From positions 5,984,001-6,048,000 of the forward strand of contig CBDDPY010000002.1 of the NCBI GenBank assembly GCA_965232515.1: 64,000 nt of DNA, read 5' to 3'. This document shows, piece after piece, positions 56,634-64,000 of the stretch. Source of the stretch: Alphaproteobacteria bacterium. Lineage in GTDB: Bacteria > Pseudomonadota > Alphaproteobacteria > GCA-2731375. Each line of letters starts with the position of its first letter. Within the stretch, counting starts at the first letter, position 1. The translations under genes and the position numbers were made by a program. The notes beneath the pieces were generated by a model. It was not told the DNA's origin, did not search any database, and was given only the letters and a program-made list of their open reading frames with translations.

Positions 56634-57458
56634 ATGAAAGATCTGCCTTCCAGGATTCCGATCGGTCTTGCCTGGACGGTCGTGGTGAGTGCTTTCGCCG
56701 CGATCACGGAGACCGACCTGCCGGACGACACCAGCTTTCCCGTCGCCTTCGGCTTCTGGTTCGTTTTCTTTGGCGCCACGGTGTTTTTGATCCTGCAGAT
56801 CGACCAGTCCGTGACCCGCCTGCTGCGCGGTGTCCGCGGCGCGGCCGTCTTGCGCCCCGTTGTCACCATCGCGCTGGTCACGGTACCGGCGACGCTGTTG
56901 TCCCTGGCCTTGGATCCGCTGACGACGAATTCCGAAGAGATCGGCGTTTTGCTGCAAAGCCAGAGTCCGTTCATGGACTTCTGGCCGATCTTTCTGGACG
57001 AGATGGCGCCGGTGCTGCCGAACGTGGCGCTGGTCTGGGCATTCTTCTGGGTCGTGGACGCGCATCTGATGCGGGCCCGGAACGCGGGCGCGGCGGCAAC
57101 GGCGGCGGCGCCCCGGCCGGACACGCCGGACACTTCGGTCCAAACAGCCCCGTTGTTCCGCCGCCACCCGGAACTCGGCCAACGGCAGCTCTTAGCGATC
57201 GAAGCACAGGAACACTACATCAAGGTCTATACCGATGAGGGCGCCGATCTGATCCTCTACCGCTTCAACGACGCGGTGGAGGACCTGAAGGACTATCCTG
57301 GCCTGCGCGTGCATCGCTCGTTCTGGATCGCCAACGCCGCCGTGACCGAGGCCGTCCAGGACGGCCGCCGGGTCTTCCTGCATCTGGTGAACGGCCTGCG
57401 CATCCCGGTGAGCCAAAGCTACCTGCTGGCGGTCCGCAAGCAGGGCCTCGTGCCATAG
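56634..57458 (+). CDS. Membrane-anchored LytTR DNA-binding protein
   Basis: About 4 TM segments, then AQEHYIKV, RVHRSFW and PVSQSY. Confidence 0.88.
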   Translation: MKDLPSRIPIGLAWTVVVSAFAAITETDLPDDTSFPVAFGFWFVFFGATVFLILQIDQSVTRLLRGVRGAAVLRPVVTIALVTVPATLLSLALDPLTTNSEEIGVLLQSQSPFMDFWPIFLDEMAPVLPNVALVWAFFWVVDAHLMRARNAGAAATAAAPRPDTPDTSVQTAPLFRRHPELGQRQLLAIEAQEHYIKVYTDEGADLILYRFNDAVEDLKDYPGLRVHRSFWIANAAVTEAVQDGRRVFLHLVNGLRIPVSQSYLLAVRKQGLVP

Positions 57459-57485
57459 GCGACGGCTGCCTGGCCGACTGGGGCG

Positions 57486-58514
57486 TCAGGCGGCTTGCGT
57501 CCGCGACCGGCCCTCATAGAGATCCCGCCCTGCCACCAGCGCCCGGATCTTGGCGTCCGCGATGGGGCGTTTCAGCATCCAGAAGCCGCAGTCCGGGTGG
57601 ATGTAGCGGACGCGGCCGGCGCCCAGCACGTCCTCGGCGCGCTCGATGGCCCGCGCGATGTCGTCGGCGCTCTCGATGTCGGTCTGCTTGATGTCGACGA
57701 CGCCGAGTCCCATGCCGATCTCGGTCCGCAGCTCCTTGAAGGCGGCCAGTTCCTCGACCGGACGGTGCGCGTTCTCCATGACGATATGGTCGGCGTGCAG
57801 GCTGTTGAGATAGCCGAGCAGGCGGTCCCAGGAGCCCTTCTGAATGGTCTGGCCGCCGTAATTGCCGAAGCAGAGATGCACGGCCGGCGTGCCGGGCACG
57901 GCGTCGAGCACCTTGTTGATGGCGGCGGCGGCCCAATCGGCCTCGTCCGGGTGGCCGGGCAGGTTGGCCTCGTCGAGCTGGATGACGTCGGCGTCGCAAT
58001 GCCGGACCTGCTCGGCCAGCGCCTCGGCAATGGCGTTGGCAAGCGCGGCGACATCGCCGTAGTGATGGTCGACCAGGGTCTTGGCCAGCATGTGCGGGCC
58101 GGTGACGGTGAACTTGAGTGGCTTGCTGGCGATGGCGCGAGCCTGCCGGCAGGCGACCGGCAGGTCCAGCGTGCCGCTGCCGACCGGGCCGTCGACCACG
58201 CCGGGCGGCCGGGTGCGGAACTGCATGCCGGGCTGGCTGCGGAAGGCCAGCGCCTCGTCAAAGGTGACATCCGTGCGCACGCCGGCCATAGGGCGCACGA
58301 AATACTCGATCATGCCGTTGGTTTCGGGGTGGTTGACGTCGAAGCGGTAGAGCTCGCCGTCGCAGACCAGGTCGATGCCGGCCTGTTCCTGGGTGTGGAT
58401 GACGACGCGGGTGGCGTCGGCGAGCGCCTGCTCGGACGGCAGCGCCGCCAGCCAGTCCGGCACGGGATAGGACCCGACCACGGTGGTTTTTATGCCTGTT
58501 TCGACCTCAGCCAT
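57486..58514 (-). CDS. Single-barrel cobalamin-independent methionine synthase II family protein (Zn thiol alkyltransferase fold)
   Basis: TTVVGSYP, CDGE, IQLDE, HLCFGN and PDCG motifs; GGAG RBS before ATG 58514. Confidence 0.87.
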   Translation of the reverse strand: MAEVETGIKTTVVGSYPVPDWLAALPSEQALADATRVVIHTQEQAGIDLVCDGELYRFDVNHPETNGMIEYFVRPMAGVRTDVTFDEALAFRSQPGMQFRTRPPGVVDGPVGSGTLDLPVACRQARAIASKPLKFTVTGPHMLAKTLVDHHYGDVAALANAIAEALAEQVRHCDADVIQLDEANLPGHPDEADWAAAAINKVLDAVPGTPAVHLCFGNYGGQTIQKGSWDRLLGYLNSLHADHIVMENAHRPVEELAAFKELRTEIGMGLGVVDIKQTDIESADDIARAIERAEDVLGAGRVRYIHPDCGFWMLKRPIADAKIRALVAGRDLYEGRSRTQAA

Positions 58515-58525
58515 GCCGTACTCCA

Positions 58526-58547
58526 TAAGTATCCAACTGGTTACTTA
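58526..58547. promoter_or_regulatory. Candidate TetR operator 3: TAAGTATCCA-AC-TGGTTACTTA
   Basis: Core GTATCCAACTGGTTAC is one mismatch from the reverse complement of operator 1; lies directly upstream of the metE-like RBS. Confidence 0.78.
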
Positions 58548-58567
58548 GCATAAGCGCGACGGCATTG

Positions 58568-61204
58568 TCAGGCGAGCGATTTGCTGGCGATTTCGTAGAC
58601 GTCCTTCGACAGCTTCGGCTCGGCGAGGATGCGCTTCAGCTCGGCCTGCATCAACGCCTGACGCGCAGTATCGAAGCGCCGCCAACGGCCGAGCGGGCTG
58701 GCGAGGCGCGCGGCGACCTGCGGGTTCATGGGATCGAGCTCGAGAACCCGGTCGGCGAGGAACCGGTAGCCGGCGCCGTCGGCGGCATGGAACCGGAGCG
58801 CGTTGCCGCTCGCGAAGGCGCCGATCAGCGAGCGGACCTTGTTGGGGTTGCGGATCGAGAAGGCCTCGTGGCCGAGCAGCGCCGTGACCTGGTCGAGCGT
58901 ATCGGGCAGCGACGACATGGCCTGCACCGCGAGCCACTTGTCGATCACCACCGTGTCGCCGGCAAACCGGCGGTAGAAGTCGTCCAACGCCTCGGCGCGG
59001 GCCGGCTTGTCCTTGTTGCTGAGCAGCGCCAGGGCCGCCATCCGGTCCGTCATGTTGTTGGCGCCGCGGTATTGCTCGATGGCGAGATCGAGCATGCCCG
59101 CGTTGTCGAGCTCGACGAGATAGGCGAGCGCGCCGTTCTTCAAGGCCCGCTGGCCGGCCGACGCCGCGTCGGGCGAAAACGGCTCGTTGCTCTGGTTGCC
59201 GCGGTAGACCGTCAGCAATTGGTCTTTCAGGCGTTCGGCGATGGCGCGGCGCAGGGCCTGCCGCGCGGTGTGGATCGCGTCGACGTCGATCGTGTCCATC
59301 TGATCGCCCAGATAATCTTCAGACGGCAGCGCCAGGACCTGGGCGCGGAAGGCCTTGTCCTGGCCGTCGTCGGCGAGGCTGTGCGCCAGCGCGTCGATGA
59401 AGGCGGTATCGGCCTCGGGCGCGCTGCCGGCCTGCACGGCCTCGACCATGCCGAGCAGCATATCGGTGGCGTATTGCTGGCCCGCCTCCCAGCGGCTGAA
59501 GGGATCGGCGTCGCGCGCCATCAGGAAGGCGCGGTCGGCGGCGTTTTGGTCCGACTTGACGGTCACCGGCGCGGTGAAGTCGCGGTTGACCGATAGCACC
59601 GGCGCCGTCGCGACGTTGGCGAAGCGGAAGGTCTGCTCGGCCTCGGTCAGATGCAGGAGCGGCTCGGACGTGGCGGCGCCGTCGATCTCGACGGTCATGT
59701 CGTTGCCGCCCGTGTCGAGGAGGCCGACAGACAGCGGAATGTGCATCGGCGCCTTGTTGCTTTGGCCCGGCGTGTCGGCGAGGTGCTGCGCCACGGTGAG
59801 GTCGTAGGTCCGGGCGTCGGCGTCGTACTCGCCGCTGACCCGCAACTCGGGCGTGCCGGCCTGGCTGTACCAGAGCTTGAACTGCGAGAGGTCGGCGTTG
59901 TTGGCGTCGGCCATGGCGGCGGCGAAATCGTCGCAGGTGACGGCCTGACCGTCATGGCGCTGGAAATAGAGATCCATGCCCTTGCGGAAACCGTCGCGGC
60001 CCAACAGCCGGTGCATCATGCCGATGACCTCGGCGCCCTTCTCGTAGACCGTGGCGGTGTAGAAGTTGTTGATCTCGATATAGGAGTCGGGCCGCACGGG
60101 ATGCGCAAGCGGGCCTGAGTCCTCCTGGAATTGGCGCGCTCTCAGCGCGCGCACGTCCTGGATGCGCTTCACCGGCCGCGAACGCATGTCGGACGAGAAT
60201 TCCTGGTCGCGGAAGACCGTCAGGCCCTCCTTCAGGCTGAGCTGGAACCAGTCGCGGCAGGTGACGCGGTTGCCGGTCCAGTTGTGGAAGTATTCGTGCG
60301 CGACCACGCCCTCGATGAAGCTGTAGTCGGCGTCCGTCGCGGTCTCGGCGTTGGCGAGGATGTATTTCGAATTGAAGATGTTGAGGCTCTTGTTCTCCAT
60401 CGCGCCCATGTTGAAGTCGCCGACGGCAACGATGTTGAACAGGTCGAGGTCGTATTCCAGGCCGAACCGTTCCTCGTCCCAGCGCATGGAACGTTTCAGC
60501 GCGTCCATGGCGTAGGCGCAGCGGTCCTCGTTGCCGTGCTCGACGTAAATGCGCAGCGTGACGTCGCGGCCCGACGCGGTGGTGAACCGGTCCTCGACAT
60601 GCGCCAGGTCGCCGGCGACCAGCGCGAACAGGTAGGCCGGCTTGGGGAACGGATCGTGCCAGACCGCCATGTGGCGGCCGTCCGGCAGTTCGGCCGTCTC
60701 CAACAAATTGCCGTTCGACAGCAGCACGGGATAGGCGGCCTTGTCGGCCCGCATGGTGACGCGATAGACCGACATCACATCAGGCCGGTCTGGGAAGAAG
60801 GTGATGCGGCGGAAGCCCTCGGCCTCGCACTGGGTGCAGAAGTTGCCGCTGGAGACATACAAGCCTTCGAGCCTGGTGTTGGCCTTCGGATTGATCTCGG
60901 TCTCGACGGTCAGCGTGAAGGCGGCGGGCGGCGCGGGGATCGTCAGGCTCTCGTCGGTCAGCGCGTAGTCGCCGGGGCCGAGATCGCGGCCGTCGATGGC
61001 GATGCCGAGCAGCCTGAGCTCGTCGCCGTCGAGCACCAGTGGCGCCGGGCCGTCGCCTGCGGCGGGGTTGCGTTTCAGCTCCAGTTGCGCCGTGACGCGG
61101 GTCGCCTCGGGGATCAGGTCGAAGTCCAGCGTGACCGTCTCCACCAGATAATCCGGCGGCCTGTAGTCGGCGAGACGGATGACGGCCGGTTGATCGCTCT
61201 GCAT
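58568..61204 (-). CDS. pepN: Aminopeptidase N
   Basis: TQCEAEGFR, GAMENK, HEYFHNWTGN, LKEG and YEKGAE motifs. Confidence 0.97.
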   Translation of the reverse strand: MQSDQPAVIRLADYRPPDYLVETVTLDFDLIPEATRVTAQLELKRNPAAGDGPAPLVLDGDELRLLGIAIDGRDLGPGDYALTDESLTIPAPPAAFTLTVETEINPKANTRLEGLYVSSGNFCTQCEAEGFRRITFFPDRPDVMSVYRVTMRADKAAYPVLLSNGNLLETAELPDGRHMAVWHDPFPKPAYLFALVAGDLAHVEDRFTTASGRDVTLRIYVEHGNEDRCAYAMDALKRSMRWDEERFGLEYDLDLFNIVAVGDFNMGAMENKSLNIFNSKYILANAETATDADYSFIEGVVAHEYFHNWTGNRVTCRDWFQLSLKEGLTVFRDQEFSSDMRSRPVKRIQDVRALRARQFQEDSGPLAHPVRPDSYIEINNFYTATVYEKGAEVIGMMHRLLGRDGFRKGMDLYFQRHDGQAVTCDDFAAAMADANNADLSQFKLWYSQAGTPELRVSGEYDADARTYDLTVAQHLADTPGQSNKAPMHIPLSVGLLDTGGNDMTVEIDGAATSEPLLHLTEAEQTFRFANVATAPVLSVNRDFTAPVTVKSDQNAADRAFLMARDADPFSRWEAGQQYATDMLLGMVEAVQAGSAPEADTAFIDALAHSLADDGQDKAFRAQVLALPSEDYLGDQMDTIDVDAIHTARQALRRAIAERLKDQLLTVYRGNQSNEPFSPDAASAGQRALKNGALAYLVELDNAGMLDLAIEQYRGANNMTDRMAALALLSNKDKPARAEALDDFYRRFAGDTVVIDKWLAVQAMSSLPDTLDQVTALLGHEAFSIRNPNKVRSLIGAFASGNALRFHAADGAGYRFLADRVLELDPMNPQVAARLASPLGRWRRFDTARQALMQAELKRILAEPKLSKDVYEIASKSLA

Positions 61205-61273
61205 GACGGTGTCCCCACGATGGCGCTGTGCTGGGACAATAGATAGGCGAGGGGACCGGGACGGTCCAGCGCG

Positions 61274-62944
61274 TCAGCCGGCCTTCGCCTCTTCCTCGTC
61301 GCGCAGGTCCTTGCGGCGGATCTTGCCGGTGGCGGTCATGGGCAAGGCGTCGCGGAACTCGACGGCGCGCGGGTACTGGTGGCCGGAGAGGCGTTGCTTG
61401 ACGAAGTCCTGGATCTCGGCCGCAAGGTCGGGACTGCCGTTCAGACCGGCCGGCGGGACGATGAAGGCCTTGACGATGGTGCCGCGCACGGGATCGGGCG
61501 CGCCGATCACGGCGGCGAGCGCCACGGATGGGTGCTTGATCAGGCAGTCCTCGATTTCCGACGGGCCGATGCGGTAAGCGCCGGACGAGATCACGTCGTC
61601 CTCGCGGCCCTTGAACCAGAAGAAGCCGTCGTCGTCCTTGTGGGCCAGATCGCCGGTGACGATCCAGTCGTCGAGGTATTTGCCGGCCGTTGCCTCGGGG
61701 TTGCGCCAGTATTCCAGCAGGAAGACCGGATCGGGGCCGCGCGCCGCCAGCACGCCTTCCGTGCCCGGCGGCAGCACGTTCCCCGCCTCGTCGATCACCT
61801 CGACATCATGGCCGGGGAGCGCCACGCCGATCGAGCCGGGCCGGTGCGCGCCGATGACGCCGCAATTGCCGGTCAGCAGGTTGGCCTCGGTCTGGCCCCA
61901 GAATTCGTTGATGGTGAGGCCGAAGGTCTCGCGGCCCCAGTCCAGGAGCTCGGCGCCGAGGCTCTCGCCGCCGCTGCCGATGGAGCGCATGGCGAAGTCT
62001 TGCCGCGCCTTGGGGTCTGGCACCTGGCGCAGCATCTTCAGGGCCGTCGGCGGCAGGAAGCTGTTGCGCACGTTGTGCTTCGCCAGCAGGTGGAAGGTCT
62101 GTTCGGGATCGAACTTGGGCGCGCGGTGGGCCAGCACCGGCACGCCGTAGTGCCAAGCCGGCAGCAGCACGTCGAGCAGGCCGCCGCCCCAGGCCCAGTC
62201 GGCCGGCGTCCAGAACAGGTCGTTCGCTTGCGGAAAGAAGTCGTGGGTGAACTCGATCGACGGGTAGTGGCCGAACATCACCCGATGGGCGTGTAGCGCG
62301 CCCTTCGGCGGCCCCGTCGTGCCCGACGTGTAGATGATCAAGGCCGGTTCTTCACCGGTCGTGTCGACCGGCGTAAAGGCGTCGCGGGCGTTCTCCAGCA
62401 GCGCCCAGAATTCGTGGTCGCCGGCCACATCGTCCGGTTCGGTCACGATGACCGTTTGCAGGTCCGGCAGGCGGTCGCGGATCTCGGCGAGCTTGCCGAC
62501 GTTGGCACCGTCGGTGACGACGGCCTTGGCGCCGCTGTTGCCGAGCCTGTATTCGAGCGCGTCGGGTCCGAAGAGCGTGAACAGCGGCAACGCGATGGCG
62601 CCCATGCGGTAGAGCGTGATGTGGGTGAGCGCCGTCTCCGGCCGCTGACCGAGCAGAATGCCGACGCAGTCGCCGGGGCCGATGCCGAGCGCGGTGAACG
62701 CGTTCGCCAGGCGGTTCGACAGCTTCTGCAGCTCGGCGAAGGTGTAGCGCCGGACCGCGCCGTCCGGGTCCTCGTAGATCAGCGCCAGCTTGTCCGGATC
62801 GCCGGCATGGCGGTCACAGGCATCGACGCCGATGTTGAACCGGTCGGGTATTTGATGGCGAAATGTCGCCTTCAGTTCCGCATAGGTCGATCCCGGCCGC
62901 AGCAAACGCACGTGTCTGTCCCCCAAGAGATTTGGTTCATGCAA
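61274..62944 (-). CDS. Acyl-CoA synthetase (AMP-forming); start uncertain
   Basis: YTSGTTGPPKG, WGQTE, TGD, GREDD and TGKIRR motifs; GTG near 62911 is an alternative start. Confidence 0.9.
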   Translation of the reverse strand: MHEPNLLGDRHVRLLRPGSTYAELKATFRHQIPDRFNIGVDACDRHAGDPDKLALIYEDPDGAVRRYTFAELQKLSNRLANAFTALGIGPGDCVGILLGQRPETALTHITLYRMGAIALPLFTLFGPDALEYRLGNSGAKAVVTDGANVGKLAEIRDRLPDLQTVIVTEPDDVAGDHEFWALLENARDAFTPVDTTGEEPALIIYTSGTTGPPKGALHAHRVMFGHYPSIEFTHDFFPQANDLFWTPADWAWGGGLLDVLLPAWHYGVPVLAHRAPKFDPEQTFHLLAKHNVRNSFLPPTALKMLRQVPDPKARQDFAMRSIGSGGESLGAELLDWGRETFGLTINEFWGQTEANLLTGNCGVIGAHRPGSIGVALPGHDVEVIDEAGNVLPPGTEGVLAARGPDPVFLLEYWRNPEATAGKYLDDWIVTGDLAHKDDDGFFWFKGREDDVISSGAYRIGPSEIEDCLIKHPSVALAAVIGAPDPVRGTIVKAFIVPPAGLNGSPDLAAEIQDFVKQRLSGHQYPRAVEFRDALPMTATGKIRRKDLRDEEEAKAG

Positions 62945-62976
62945 GCCTATTCACCGTCCCTGAGCCTGTCCACGCC

Positions 62977-64000
62977 ATGACCGCTAGCCGCGACCGCGCC
63001 GTCATCGTCGGTGTCGGCGAGAGCGTTTACGCCAAGTGGGGCGGCAGCGCCGACCGGAGCCAGTTCGCGCTCGCCTGCGAGGCGATCCTGAACGCCGCGG
63101 CCGATGCCGGCCTGCCGCCGTCGGCGATCGACGGCTTCGCGTCCTATTCGGACGACGCCAACGATCCGTCGCGGCTGATGATCGCGCTCGGCATCGACCA
63201 GCTCAGGTTCGCCTCCATGGTCTGGGGCGGGGGTGGCGGCGGGTCGTGCGGCGCGCTGGCGCATGCGGCGGCGGCGGTCGAGAGCGGGCAGGCGACGGCG
63301 GTCGCCGTGTTCCGGGGTCTGTGTCAGGGCCAGTCGTTCCGCTTCGGCCAGTACCATGCCTGGTCGCCGGACGCGGCCTTCACGGCGCCGTTCGGCCTGT
63401 TCGCGCCGGCACAGATGTTCGCCCTGCTGGCGCGGCGGCACATGCATCTCTACGGCACCACGTCGGAACAGTTCGCCGAGGTGGCGTTGGTCTGCCGCGA
63501 CAACGCCCAGCGAAATCCGCGCGCGGTGATGCACGACCGGCCGCTGACGATGGCGGAGCACCAGGCGTCGCGGATGATCGCCGATCCGCTACGGCTCTAC
63601 GATTGCTGCCTGGAGAGCGACGGCGCGGCGGCGGTGATCGTGACCTCGGCGGAGCGCGCCCGCGACCTGAAATCCCGGCCGGTGCACGTGCTGGCGGCGC
63701 AGCAGGGCAGCAGCAAGGGTTGGGGCAGCGGCATGCTGGGCGGCCACAACATGCCGGACGAGATCTACGCCTCGGGCAACGCCAGGGCGATGGCGGAGGA
63801 GATGTTCGCGCGGGCCGGCGTGCGGCCGGACGAAATCGACGTGGCGCAGCTCTATGACGCCTTCACCGCGACGGTGATCTTCTCGCTGGAAGACTATGGC
63901 TTCTGCGGCGTCGGCGAGGGCGGGCCGTTCGCGGCCGACGGCAACCTGCGCTGGCCCGACGGCCGCCTGCCGGTCAACACCTCGGGCGGCAACCTGTCGG
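62977..64000 (+). CDS. SCP2-type thiolase/lipid-transfer protein, truncated by the window end
   Basis: Hand translation gives AVIVGVGES, GGGGGGSC, DCCLESDG, QLYDAFT and PVNTSGGNLS with no stop; absent from the ORF track. Confidence 0.88.
   Translation, partial: MTASRDRAVIVGVGESVYAKWGGSADRSQFALACEAILNAAADAGLPPSAIDGFASYSDDANDPSRLMIALGIDQLRFASMVWGGGGGGSCGALAHAAAAVESGQATAVAVFRGLCQGQSFRFGQYHAWSPDAAFTAPFGLFAPAQMFALLARRHMHLYGTTSEQFAEVALVCRDNAQRNPRAVMHDRPLTMAEHQASRMIADPLRLYDCCLESDGAAAVIVTSAERARDLKSRPVHVLAAQQGSSKGWGSGMLGGHNMPDEIYASGNARAMAEEMFARAGVRPDEIDVAQLYDAFTATVIFSLEDYGFCGVGEGGPFAADGNLRWPDGRLPVNTSGGNLS

Overview
A high-GC, densely coding window whose gene content points to an alphaproteobacterium (inference). 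Most of it is catabolic genes. It holds (i) an HD protein, a FAD oxidoreductase, a luciferase-like monooxygenase and an acyl-CoA dehydrogenase. (ii) An AT-rich, integrase-free ~1.85 kb insert is bounded by a 61-bp duplication of the acyl-CoA dehydrogenase 3' end and carries two unknown genes, one soluble and one with ~4 TM segments. (iii) A CoA-dependent degradation cluster (10.8-23.9 kb) has aliA/badH-like genes, a TetR, a Liv-type ABC transporter, two crotonases, a Cys-less thiolase-fold protein plus DUF35, a cysteine hydrolase and a maleylacetate reductase. (iv) A methyltransferase is followed by a 46-aa peptide ending PPENIYPMW. (v) A large, interrupted catabolic locus (about 29.9-58.5 kb) encodes two Gfo/Idh/MocA enzymes, two TIM-barrel isomerases, two DHDPS-fold aldolases, an enolase-superfamily enzyme, two Fe/2OG dioxygenases, two transporters and a MetE-like protein. 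Three copies of one palindrome (GTAACCA-N2-TGGTTAC type) tie its distal parts (40.8-58.5 kb) to a TetR. (vi) pepN, an acyl-CoA synthetase and a truncated thiolase end the window. Three REP-like palindromic repeats sit between convergent genes. No rRNA, tRNA, CRISPR array, integrase or transposase was seen. All functional calls come from motif recognition by eye, not database searches.
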